The translations under genes and the position numbers were made by a program. Below are positions 1 to 8,013 of a stretch of 53,406 nucleotides of DNA, one piece after another. Numbering within the stretch: position 1 is the first letter of the stretch; every line of letters starts with the position of its first letter. Origin of the DNA: Gammaproteobacteria bacterium (GTDB lineage: Bacteria; Pseudomonadota; Gammaproteobacteria; Nitrosococcales; Methylophagaceae); contig QNEY01000001.1 in NCBI GenBank assembly GCA_003645385.1, forward strand, positions 1-53,406, in the 5' to 3' direction. Under the pieces are notes generated by a model. The model was not told where the DNA came from, searched no databases, and was given only the letters and a program-made list of their open reading frames with translations.

Positions 1-133
1 CTTTAGTTTTGAAACGAAACGAAAACAACTCATTGAACGAAAGGTATCAAAACTTGTATCAAATCCCCAAAACACATCTGAAAACTTTTTTTGAAAAATA
101 GAAAATAATTCATTGAACCTAAGGAGAATTAAA
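1..133. promoter_or_regulatory. Non-coding left end; one half of the divergent early/late control region
   Basis: No ORF with a credible start. Tandem GAAAC GAAAC GAAAAC at 11..26. Direct 9-mer TCATTGAAC at 30..38 and 110..118. AAGGAG SD at 121..126 serves the first early gene. Confidence 0.5.
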
Positions 134-505
134 ATGAACGCAACTATCAACAACATCAGCAGAAACACTGTCAGAAAAATGTTGGCAAAAGAACATCAAC
201 TTGAAATCATTATGAAAACAGAGGAAGAATACAGAAAATTTGATGCTTTCATTTCTGTCATGCACAGTCTTGATCTTGACACTTCAGAAGCACATGCAAT
301 CAATGCTGGCACACTTGATCAATATGCAGATGCAATCAAGAAAGCAACAAGTCCGAGTGTTTTTCTGCAAAGAGAAGTTGAATCATGCTTGCCAGCAAGT
401 TGGCTTTATAGATTTGACAGTTTAGCTCAAAGACTATCAGGTGTTGAAAAAGAATCAATCACAGTAGATCAAAAATTAAAGTGTGCATTTTTCGAGGAGA
501 AATAA
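134..505 (+). CDS. Hypothetical early protein
   Basis: ATG at 134 lies 7 nt after AAGGAG. The track ORF start at 113 is a TTG with no SD. No recognisable motif. Confidence 0.6.
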   Translation: MNATINNISRNTVRKMLAKEHQLEIIMKTEEEYRKFDAFISVMHSLDLDTSEAHAINAGTLDQYADAIKKATSPSVFLQREVESCLPASWLYRFDSLAQRLSGVEKESITVDQKLKCAFFEEK

Positions 506-507
506 TT

Positions 508-912
508 ATGATACAGAAATTCGTTGACAAGTTTATGGAAAACAAAGATGTGATTCGTGAAAACTTTGCAAAGAAACATCCTGAAAATTATACAGGAATT
601 GTCAAGTCAGTTGTTGAAATACTGAAAGATGACAGCTGGTATGAACAGCCAGATCACAGCAGGATTCATTTGATTGATGATGGTGATTATCAAGGCACAT
701 TTTTGTTTGTAATAGCAGCAGAAGGATATCAGCCATGTGTATATTGGTGTGTTCTTGTGTCATATGGATCTTGTAGTAGATGTGACACATTTGAAAGCAT
801 CAGGGAATATGGTGATGATAATCCAACAGAACAACAGCTGAATGATTATATGACCCTAGCACTTCACATTGTTCAAGGAATAAAAGAAATAAATAGTGAT
901 GATGAAAGCTGA
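508..912 (+). CDS. Hypothetical protein (Cys-containing, GDYQG...YGSCSRCD)
   Basis: ATG at 508 is preceded by GAGGAG (494..499). The track start at 481 is a GTG inside the upstream gene. Packed 3 nt after the upstream stop. Confidence 0.6.
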   Translation: MIQKFVDKFMENKDVIRENFAKKHPENYTGIVKSVVEILKDDSWYEQPDHSRIHLIDDGDYQGTFLFVIAAEGYQPCVYWCVLVSYGSCSRCDTFESIREYGDDNPTEQQLNDYMTLALHIVQGIKEINSDDES

Positions 913-924
913 AGGAGAATAATT

Positions 925-1509
925 ATGGATATTCCAACTGACATTGATCTGACTGTTTTTTCAGATGAACTGAAACAAGAACTTGAATATCGGATTGACT
1001 GTTTTGATGTCAATGACATTGAAAGTGAAGGTGACGAATTTCTGTATGAAGTGATCACTGATCTTGAAGGATTTCTTGTTGAACAAAACATCATGTCAAA
1101 ATGGAAAACAGAATTGCGGAAGTGGATGATTGCACGCAATGTATATATTGAAATCAGTGATGAAGAACTGAAAGATATGGTGATGCTTCCACGATCAGTC
1201 AAGAAATACGACTTTACATTGAACAAGACAAAATATATTTTCAATAAGCATTATCAAAACCCAGAAGAAAAGGAAGGATCTAAAATGTCAGAAGAAAATG
1301 AAAAGCAAATTGAAGCAAAAGATGAATTTGATTCTGTTGTGTGGAACATTTATATTACAGATCAAGAAGTGTCAGAATCAGTCACTGCTTTATGTGAAAA
1401 ACTTTCACTTTCTCGGAACATAGTTGTCGGACGGATACTGAAACGATATGCACCAGCATTGCTGAATAATGATAAAGAATTAATGTCAATTATTATAAAT
1501 GAAAAATAG
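925..1509 (+). CDS. Hypothetical acidic protein
   Basis: GAAGGAG SD at 911..917. 194-aa ORF in a co-directional operon. Confidence 0.6.
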   Translation: MDIPTDIDLTVFSDELKQELEYRIDCFDVNDIESEGDEFLYEVITDLEGFLVEQNIMSKWKTELRKWMIARNVYIEISDEELKDMVMLPRSVKKYDFTLNKTKYIFNKHYQNPEEKEGSKMSEENEKQIEAKDEFDSVVWNIYITDQEVSESVTALCEKLSLSRNIVVGRILKRYAPALLNNDKELMSIIINEK

Positions 1510-1520
1510 GAGTCAAACTC

Positions 1521-1802
1521 ATGGAACAGAAAATTTATGATTATGTCAATAAGAACATGAACCAAATAATTGATAAGTGGATAAGTCTGATTCAAGACAA
1601 GCATGGGCTGGCAGTCACAACTGCTTGTGAATTTTTTGGATGCTGTGAAGTTGCACTTGCTGATTATGTGTATGAATTTATGTCAGATGAAATTGATGAA
1701 GCAATTGAAATTGAAAAGCTGCAAGCAGAACAAGATGCAATTGAGCATCAAAAAGATATTGATATGCTGGACAGAGACTATGAAAACACTCGTGGACTAT
1801 AA
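1521..1802 (+). CDS. Hypothetical protein
   Basis: AGGAG SD at 1508..1512. 93-aa ORF. Confidence 0.55.
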   Translation: MEQKIYDYVNKNMNQIIDKWISLIQDKHGLAVTTACEFFGCCEVALADYVYEFMSDEIDEAIEIEKLQAEQDAIEHQKDIDMLDRDYENTRGL

Positions 1803-1818
1803 CTAAAGGGATTGAACG

Positions 1819-2118
1819 ATGCTACAAAAAGAAACACGCCCAACGGCTGATGAAGTGATTGAACATTATCGCAATATGCCAGAGTATCAAGAGACATTAA
1901 GGCAACATGAAACCTATCAAGTTTGCGGTGCCAGAGCAAGATATTCCGATGATGAAATGATTGAAATATTGAACAGTTCAGAAACACTTCTGGATGCCTC
2001 TGAAAAAAGTGGATTGTCACAGATTCATCTTTATCAAATGTCAAGAAAATTGCAAGCTGTTGATTATGAAATCAAGAAATTGAAATTTGTTACAAACGGA
2101 GAAAAGCAAAATGGATGA
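1819..2118 (+). CDS. Putative helix-turn-helix DNA-binding protein
   Basis: 99-aa ORF. C-terminal segment ASEKSGLSQIHLYQMSRK looks like an HTH. Weak call. Confidence 0.4.
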   Translation: MLQKETRPTADEVIEHYRNMPEYQETLRQHETYQVCGARARYSDDEMIEILNSSETLLDASEKSGLSQIHLYQMSRKLQAVDYEIKKLKFVTNGEKQNG

Positions 2119-2389
2119 ACACGTAAATGACTTCGCCACAAAATTGCATGAAGTAAATGTTGAAAAAAAGATATTAAGAATTGATCCTGAAACTAAGCTG
2201 AAACGAGCAAAAGAAGCAGTTGAAGATTATCGTGATTCAGTTGCATCAGGCTTCAACGATCTGATTAATAAAATCACTGAAGCATATGAAGGAATTATTG
2301 TGCAACTTCAAAATGACAACGATCAGCAGCTTGATCAGATTTATGATCTTCAGCAAGACATTGAGAAACTTAAAGAAGAAAGGAAATAA
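2111..2389 (+). CDS. Hypothetical coiled-coil protein
   Basis: ATG at 2111 follows GGAG (2098..2101). The track start at 2087 is a TTG. Heptad-rich sequence ending QQDIEKLKEERK. Confidence 0.5.
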   Translation: MDEHVNDFATKLHEVNVEKKILRIDPETKLKRAKEAVEDYRDSVASGFNDLINKITEAYEGIIVQLQNDNDQQLDQIYDLQQDIEKLKEERK

Positions 2390-2390
2390 T

Positions 2391-2606
2391 ATGCCACGAC
2401 CACGCCCTGCAAGCGAAAAGACAATATTCTGGCTTAAAAAGAATGTTCATGGAAGTTGGGTCAAATTTATTGAATTTTTGGAATGTCAAATCAATTCACC
2501 ATTGGCTGGTACAAGAATCACAACGCAATGTCAAATGGATTTGCCAACTGTTTTGAGATTGAAAAAGCAAACGATTGTTCCAAGGAGTTCAAAAAATGAC
2601 AAATGA
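2391..2606 (+). CDS. Hypothetical small protein
   Basis: Internal ATG at 2391 (MPRPRPASEK) lies right after the upstream stop, with AGGAAA before it. The upstream part of track ORF 2286..2606 overlaps the previous gene out of frame. Confidence 0.45.
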   Translation: MPRPRPASEKTIFWLKKNVHGSWVKFIEFLECQINSPLAGTRITTQCQMDLPTVLRLKKQTIVPRSSKNDK

Positions 2607-3705
2607 AATCCATCCAAGCTCAGTTGCTAGAATATTGAAATGCGGCATGAGCAAAAACACGCCTGACACAATTATTGATTCGAGTTCGAAACCTGCAAGA
2701 ATGGGTTCTGCAATGCACGAAGTTCTTGCACATATGATCAGCAACAATCTTGAAGCACGCCCTGATCTGAAACCGTATTTAAAAAAGTATGATCTGGCAG
2801 ATGAAGATCAACTTGGATATTTGACATGGGCTGGCTTTGAAGCATGGAAAGAAATACGTGATGACATCAAAGTTCTTGGCATTGAAGCACAAGGAATTGT
2901 TCACATACAAGATGATTGGGCAGTGACAGGAACAACTGATCTATACGGTGAAACATTAACCGATGAACTCGTTGTCCTTGATTGGAAATCTTCACAAGCA
3001 GAATCCGACACGGAATCACAGTTGACAGCCTATGCCTTTTTGATCAGCAAAACTTTGAAAAAGAATTATGAAACAATTAAATTGATCACTGTTTGGGCAA
3101 GACTTCAAACAATCACCATTGTTGACATCACAGCTGCCGAACTTGAAAAGTTTGAAGATGATTTGATGGAGTCAATCGTGTCTGATCAGTATTCACCCGG
3201 TGATCATTGCTTGTATTGTTCACATCAATATGAATGTGAAGCAAAAAGTAAGATGTTGATTTCAGTTTCAAATGATCTTCAAATAAAAAGTGACAACTCA
3301 ATTGCAAGCATCATTGATCTTGCAAAGCAATATCCAAAAGTGAAGATTCTTGAACAAGCAATCAAAGATTTCAAAGACATTGTGAAAGATCATCTGAAGA
3401 ACAATGATCCAGTGCTGCTTGACGATGGGCAATATCTTGGATTATCAACACGGAAAACTGAAAAACTTGTATCAGACAAAGCATATGAAATGATTTGTGA
3501 AGAAATTGGAATTGAAGTGTCAGAATCATTCAACACTTTCAAAGATGCAATATCTTTGAACAAATCAAAAGCATTGAAAATTATTTCAGATCAAGCTCCA
3601 CGTGGAGAAAAGAAAGAAGCAAAAGCAGCTTTCATTGAAAAGCTGAAAGAAGAAAAAGCAATGACTGTAAGTGAAACATTCCTATTTAATATCTCTGGAG
3701 GATAA
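2596..3705 (+). CDS. PD-(D/E)XK exonuclease, Cas4/RecB-like with Fe-S cysteine motif
   Basis: TTDLYG ... VVLDWKSS gives the D...(D/E)xK core. C-x2-C-x5-C (CLYCSHQYEC) plus an N-terminal Cys (ILKCG) matches the Cas4/AddB-type cluster. ATG at 2596 follows AAGGAG. Confidence 0.75.
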   Translation: MTNEIHPSSVARILKCGMSKNTPDTIIDSSSKPARMGSAMHEVLAHMISNNLEARPDLKPYLKKYDLADEDQLGYLTWAGFEAWKEIRDDIKVLGIEAQGIVHIQDDWAVTGTTDLYGETLTDELVVLDWKSSQAESDTESQLTAYAFLISKTLKKNYETIKLITVWARLQTITIVDITAAELEKFEDDLMESIVSDQYSPGDHCLYCSHQYECEAKSKMLISVSNDLQIKSDNSIASIIDLAKQYPKVKILEQAIKDFKDIVKDHLKNNDPVLLDDGQYLGLSTRKTEKLVSDKAYEMICEEIGIEVSESFNTFKDAISLNKSKALKIISDQAPRGEKKEAKAAFIEKLKEEKAMTVSETFLFNISGG

Positions 3706-3709
3706 TCTT

Positions 3710-3967
3710 ATGGGAAATAGATCGTATCCAGTAATAGGTCAAATGCAACCACAACGAAAATCAGGCAGGGTGTATTTTACAAAAAAACGCAAGTGCCAAC
3801 TATGCGGTAAAATATCAGAAAAAGGAAAAAGTTTTATTATTGATATTCAAGTGAATTATTTTAGGGGCGATGATGAAGTATTTTTGATTTGCAGTAAATG
3901 TGCTAGCAAACAAAAAGATAAATTGCTCAGTGAATTATTTGAAAAAATATTAGGAGACAGCAAATGA
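3710..3967 (+). CDS. Small zinc-ribbon protein
   Basis: ATG at 3710 follows GGAGGA. Two CxxC pairs (CQLCGK ... CSKCAS). Confidence 0.55.
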   Translation: MGNRSYPVIGQMQPQRKSGRVYFTKKRKCQLCGKISEKGKSFIIDIQVNYFRGDDEVFLICSKCASKQKDKLLSELFEKILGDSK

Positions 3968-5061
3968 ACAACAAGATTGAAAAGCCAAAAGATGAAAACA
4001 TGATTGTTGCTGTCAGTGATACATATGCAGCAATGATCAAGGGTGAAGTTGACATACAAATTGCAACAGCACACGCCTATCCACGCAGCATCACGAAGTT
4101 CAAAGAGCAAGTTCTTGCACTTGCAGGATTGGATGAAGAAACTGCACAAAGTTGTTTCTATGCTTTACCTCGTGCTGGCAAATTAATCAAAGGTGAGTCT
4201 GTCAGATTTGCAGAAATTGTTGCATCAAGCTATGGCAATTTACGTGTTCAATCAAGAGTCATTGGCATTGATGAAAAGTTTGTCACTTGTGAAGGAGTCT
4301 GTCACGATCTTGAAAACAACATTGCCGTTTCAGTTCAAGTGAAAAGACGGATCACAAAGAAGAACGGTCAACGGTATGATGATGACATGATAATGACATC
4401 TTCAAATGCTGGCTGTTCTATTGCTCTAAGAAATGCAGTTTTCAGAGTTGTGCCAAGAGCATTGATCAAAACTGTCATTGACAAAGTTGAAAAAACTGGC
4501 ATGGGTGATGAACGAACCTTTGACATGAAAAAGATCGCCTGCTTTGAACACTTCAAAAAGATGGGAGTTTCAAAAGAAGAACTGTTCAGAGTGCTTGACA
4601 AAAAAGGTGAAGATGATGTTGACATTGAAGATTTGTCAACACTCCGTGGTTTGCTCAATGCAATTGATGAAGGCACAGCAACAATTGAAGCAACATTCAA
4701 ACAGACTTCAAAAAGTGCAAATTTGAACGCTGGCAAGCATTCTACCAAAAAAGAGCCAAAACAGCCGAAAAACGAGTCCAAAACAGAAAGTGAGTCTGAT
4801 ACTAGCGAGAATAAGAAAGAATCGCCCACAAGCGAAGCCACGCAGCCTGACAAGCAACCAGAAGCACAGCAAGAAGAAACAAAGCCAGCTGAAGAAAAGC
4901 CAGCTGCAAATGTTGAAATGATGATCAATAAGTTTGGTGAACTCGGTATTGATAGTGATCAGCTTGCAGTTTACATCGGAAAGTCATTGAGTCAAATTGA
5001 TGATGATGACCACTTGATATTGATTGAATATTATAAAGAAGTTGTGGCAAATCAAAAATAG
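3964..5061 (+). CDS. Putative single-strand annealing protein (RecT/Red-beta-like) with acidic low-complexity linker
   Basis: Lies between the exonuclease and SSB. The N-terminal ~190 aa resemble the RecT layout (ALPRAGK..., ...IALRNAVFRVVPRAL). Followed by a K/E/S/T/P-rich linker and a conserved C-terminal ~50 aa. Family assignment not verified. Confidence 0.5.
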   Translation: MNNKIEKPKDENMIVAVSDTYAAMIKGEVDIQIATAHAYPRSITKFKEQVLALAGLDEETAQSCFYALPRAGKLIKGESVRFAEIVASSYGNLRVQSRVIGIDEKFVTCEGVCHDLENNIAVSVQVKRRITKKNGQRYDDDMIMTSSNAGCSIALRNAVFRVVPRALIKTVIDKVEKTGMGDERTFDMKKIACFEHFKKMGVSKEELFRVLDKKGEDDVDIEDLSTLRGLLNAIDEGTATIEATFKQTSKSANLNAGKHSTKKEPKQPKNESKTESESDTSENKKESPTSEATQPDKQPEAQQEETKPAEEKPAANVEMMINKFGELGIDSDQLAVYIGKSLSQIDDDDHLILIEYYKEVVANQK

Positions 5062-5073
5062 AAAGGAAGTCAA

Positions 5074-6135
5074 ATGACAGAAGAAACGAAAGAACTTGTA
5101 TTGTTCAACGCTGATGAAATCAGTCCGCAATTATTGTTTGAAGGTGAAACACTTGGCAATATGCTTGAAGATATTGCAGTCCAAGCTCGGTCAGTTATTC
5201 GTGACATATCAACTCCAGCTGGCAGAAAGAACATTGCTTCACTTGCTGCAAAGATTGCAAGAACAAAAACAACGATTGATGGCTTTGGAAAAGCTCTTGT
5301 GTCAGATTGGAAAACAAAGTCAAAAGCTGTGGATATTGAACGCAAACAAGCAAGAGAATTTTTGGATGCTTTGAAGGTTGAAATTCGTGACCCCTTGACT
5401 GAATATGAGAATAAAGAAAAGCAACGTATTAGTGACCATGAATTTTATATTTCAACAATACAAGGTGCTTGTGAAAGCACAGATGGACTTTCAGTTGAAA
5501 AACTTGAAAAACGGATAATTCTTGCTGACAAAGCCTATGATCGTAAATGGGAAGAGTTTTCAAAAAGAGCAAATGAAATAAAAGATGCTGCTGTTCTGAA
5601 GTTGAACAATCTTATTAATATTCAGAAAAAACGTGATGCTGAAAAAGCAGAACTTCAACGCTTGCAGAAAGCAGAAAAGGAACGCCTGCAAAAAGAACGT
5701 GATGAAAAACTAAAGCAAGAAGCATCTGACAAAGCACAGGCTGAAGCAGAAAAGAAAGCTGAAGTTGAACGTCAAAAACTGCAAGATGAAAAAGATGAAG
5801 CAGATCGCAAATTGAAGCAAGCTGCCATTGATGCTGAAAAAGCAGAAATGAAAGCGGAAATGGAAAAGCAAGAAGCAATTGAAGCCGAACGTGAAAGAGT
5901 TGCAAAAGAAAATGCTGCAAAAGAAAAAGCAGAATTGAAACATGCAAACAACAAACGCAACATTGAAAAAGTCAGACGTGAAGTCAATGAGGATTTGGCA
6001 AAATTCCTGATCGAGTGCTTAAAATTAGATGGAAAGGTGCTGTCAAGTATTAATCTTGACGTTCTGTCTTTGCAGCTAGTGGATTTTATTGACGCTGGCA
6101 ATGTCCGTCATTTGGAAATTAATTATACAAATTGA
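5074..6135 (+). CDS. DUF1351-like coiled-coil protein (recombination module accessory)
   Basis: The N-terminal ~120 aa resemble DUF1351 proteins found next to phage recT. Long KE-rich coiled coil (EKAELQRLQKAEKERLQKERDEKLKQE...). Confidence 0.45.
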   Translation: MTEETKELVLFNADEISPQLLFEGETLGNMLEDIAVQARSVIRDISTPAGRKNIASLAAKIARTKTTIDGFGKALVSDWKTKSKAVDIERKQAREFLDALKVEIRDPLTEYENKEKQRISDHEFYISTIQGACESTDGLSVEKLEKRIILADKAYDRKWEEFSKRANEIKDAAVLKLNNLINIQKKRDAEKAELQRLQKAEKERLQKERDEKLKQEASDKAQAEAEKKAEVERQKLQDEKDEADRKLKQAAIDAEKAEMKAEMEKQEAIEAERERVAKENAAKEKAELKHANNKRNIEKVRREVNEDLAKFLIECLKLDGKVLSSINLDVLSLQLVDFIDAGNVRHLEINYTN

Positions 6136-6149
6136 ATAAGGAAAATTTT

Positions 6150-6563
6150 ATGAACTCATGCAATTTCACAGGAAGATTGACAAACGATCCAGATCCTAAA
6201 TTCACTGGCGGTGGCACGGAAGTTTCAAACTTCTGTGTTGCCGTTGATATGGGCAAAGACAAGCAAGGCGAAAAACAAACTGAATTTGTCAACATGACAG
6301 CCTATGGCAAAGTTGCTGAAACTATCAACAAGTGGATGTCAAAGGGATCTGAAATTGCTGTCACTGGAAAATTCAGAACTGACAGATGGGAAGATAAAGA
6401 GTCAGGTTCAAAAAGAAGCAAATGCTATATCGTGGTGGATTATTTTAATTTCATTGGCAGTAAACCAAAAACAGGATCGAATGAAAATTATAAACCACCG
6501 GGAACTCCACAATCACCAGCAAAAGAATATGATGAAGATGACAGTCAAGCAATACCTTTTTGA
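6150..6563 (+). CDS. ssb: Single-stranded DNA-binding protein
   Basis: OB-fold N-terminus (NFTGRLTNDPD..., VNMTAYGKVAE..., KGSEIAVTGKFRTDRWEDK). Gly/Pro-rich tail ending in the acidic tip DEDDSQAIPF. The ATG at 6150 is preferred over the TTG at 6132. Confidence 0.9.
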   Translation: MNSCNFTGRLTNDPDPKFTGGGTEVSNFCVAVDMGKDKQGEKQTEFVNMTAYGKVAETINKWMSKGSEIAVTGKFRTDRWEDKESGSKRSKCYIVVDYFNFIGSKPKTGSNENYKPPGTPQSPAKEYDEDDSQAIPF

Positions 6564-6565
6564 TC

Positions 6566-6593
6566 TTTACAAATCTATATTTTGTAGTATAAT
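6566..6593 (+). promoter_or_regulatory. Sigma70-like promoter (TTTACA-N16-TATAAT)
   Basis: TTTACA at 6566..6571 and TATAAT at 6588..6593. A second candidate is TTGACT at 6601..6606 with TATTAA at 6623..6628. Sits in the 143-bp gap before the HNH/replication genes. Confidence 0.45.
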
Positions 6594-6640
6594 GGTTATG
6601 TTGACTCTGCAAACTCAATAACTATTAATATTCCTAACTT

Positions 6641-6680
6641 GGGCATTCTAGCCACCTTGCAGGGTCAATCTAGGATGCTC
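6641..6680 (+). other. Leader hairpin (11-bp stem with 2 G-U pairs)
   Basis: GGGCATTCTAG (6641..6651) pairs with CTAGGATGCTC (6670..6680). The loop contains ACCT-TGC-AGGT. No U-tract follows, so it is not an obvious terminator. Confidence 0.35.
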
Positions 6681-6706
6681 TTGTTTGGGAATATACGGAG
6701 AATCAC

Positions 6707-7243
6707 ATGAAAAAATGTAGAACTTGCGGTAAAAAATTGCCTTTGTCAGAATATTACAAACATTCTGAAATGTTAGATGGACACTTAAACATCTGCAAAG
6801 AATGCACAAAGAATAGAATCACAAAACATCGTGAAAACAATATTGATCGCATTCGTGAATATGATAGAAAAAGAGGATTGCTAGAACATCGAAAGTCTGC
6901 AAATAGAAAACGCTCTGTAAATTACAATAAACTAGAAACAACAAGGGCAAGACATAGAAAGTGTATAGCAAGAAATAAAGACAAGATGGCAATGTCAGCA
7001 ATATCTTACAGGAAAAAATATCCAGAAAAATACATTGCTAAAATAAAAACTGGCAACGCTATGAGAAATGGCAAATTAATAAAGCAGCCGTGTGTTAAAT
7101 GTGGATCTACTGAAAATATAAATGCTCACCATGAAGATTACAGCAAGCCGTTAGAAATTATCTGGTTATGCAGATTTCATCATGGAGAACGTCACAGAGA
7201 AATCAATGAACAAAAACGAAATAAATTAAAAAAAGTAAAATGA
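6707..7243 (+). CDS. HNH homing-type endonuclease (free-standing)
   Basis: N-terminal CxxC...CxxC zinc finger. C-terminal CVKCGS...NAHHEDYSKPLEIIWLCRFHHGERH is a typical phage HNH core. GGAG SD upstream. Confidence 0.85.
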   Translation: MKKCRTCGKKLPLSEYYKHSEMLDGHLNICKECTKNRITKHRENNIDRIREYDRKRGLLEHRKSANRKRSVNYNKLETTRARHRKCIARNKDKMAMSAISYRKKYPEKYIAKIKTGNAMRNGKLIKQPCVKCGSTENINAHHEDYSKPLEIIWLCRFHHGERHREINEQKRNKLKKVK

Positions 7244-8013
7244 AACAAAGGAGTATAAAAGTGGCAAAAAGATTCACAGAAAAAAACAAATGGCATGACA
7301 CTTGGTATCGTGAACTGTCACCGAATGCAAAAAATGTGTATGAATATATGTGTGATAATTGCACGATTGCTGGACTGTTTGAAATTGATCACTGGCTGAT
7401 GGGAATGTTAATCGGCTTCTCTGAAGATGATGCAAAGAAAGCATTTCAAGAATGTTTGAAAGATAAAAAGGAGGGATCCATTAAAGTTGAGGTTGTCAAG
7501 GGCAAAGCATTTCTTTGGAACTATGTCAGACAGCAGCAACCGAAAGGATTGTATGACAGCAACAAAGCACACAAGGGATTAATTCGTGAGCTTGAAACAT
7601 TGTCATCAAAATTTGAAGGTGCAAAACTTGCACTTGAATGGGGATATAAGGAATCAAGCAAAGATCCAAAAGATGACAGCTTGAAAAGCAAAGTCGGATA
7701 CACAAAAGACTTTGAAAGGTTCTGGCTGGCATACCCACAACGCATTGGGTCAAACCCTAAGAAGCCTGCCTATGACAAGTTCAAGCAGATCATCAAGAAA
7801 GGTGAAGCAACAGCTGATGACATGATCACTGGTGCAAAACATTATGCTGATCACATGCACAAAATTGATCGTGTTAATACTGAATTTATAAAGATGGCAA
7901 AAACATTCCTGAACCAACGGGAATTTAATGATTACAAAGATCAAGTGCATCAGCCAGCAAAGATCTTGAGGAAAGAAGAAACTGGCGGCATTTCTCAATT
8001 CGGTGATAACTAA
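7240..8013 (+). CDS. Putative replication initiation / replisome organiser protein
   Basis: Immediately upstream of dnaB and stop-start coupled to it (TAATG). The C-terminal FERFWLAYPQRIGSNPKKPAYDKF motif is common in phage replication proteins. Alternative start is GTG at 7261 after AAGGAG. Confidence 0.4.
   Translation: MKQRSIKVAKRFTEKNKWHDTWYRELSPNAKNVYEYMCDNCTIAGLFEIDHWLMGMLIGFSEDDAKKAFQECLKDKKEGSIKVEVVKGKAFLWNYVRQQQPKGLYDSNKAHKGLIRELETLSSKFEGAKLALEWGYKESSKDPKDDSLKSKVGYTKDFERFWLAYPQRIGSNPKKPAYDKFKQIIKKGEATADDMITGAKHYADHMHKIDRVNTEFIKMAKTFLNQREFNDYKDQVHQPAKILRKEETGGISQFGDN

Noticed and set aside
4368-4928. 186-aa minus-strand ORF inside the annealase gene
   Set aside because: It is antisense to the low-complexity K/E/S/T-rich linker. 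Its product is Ser/Phe/Val low-complexity with no start context, and it lies on the wrong strand for this arm. Judged a shadow ORF.
5615-6101. Three overlapping minus-strand ORFs (110, 77 and 109 aa)
   Set aside because: They are antisense to the KE-rich coiled coil of the DUF1351-like gene. Repetitive GAA/AAG codons keep the reverse frames open, and the products are Leu/Phe/Ser junk.
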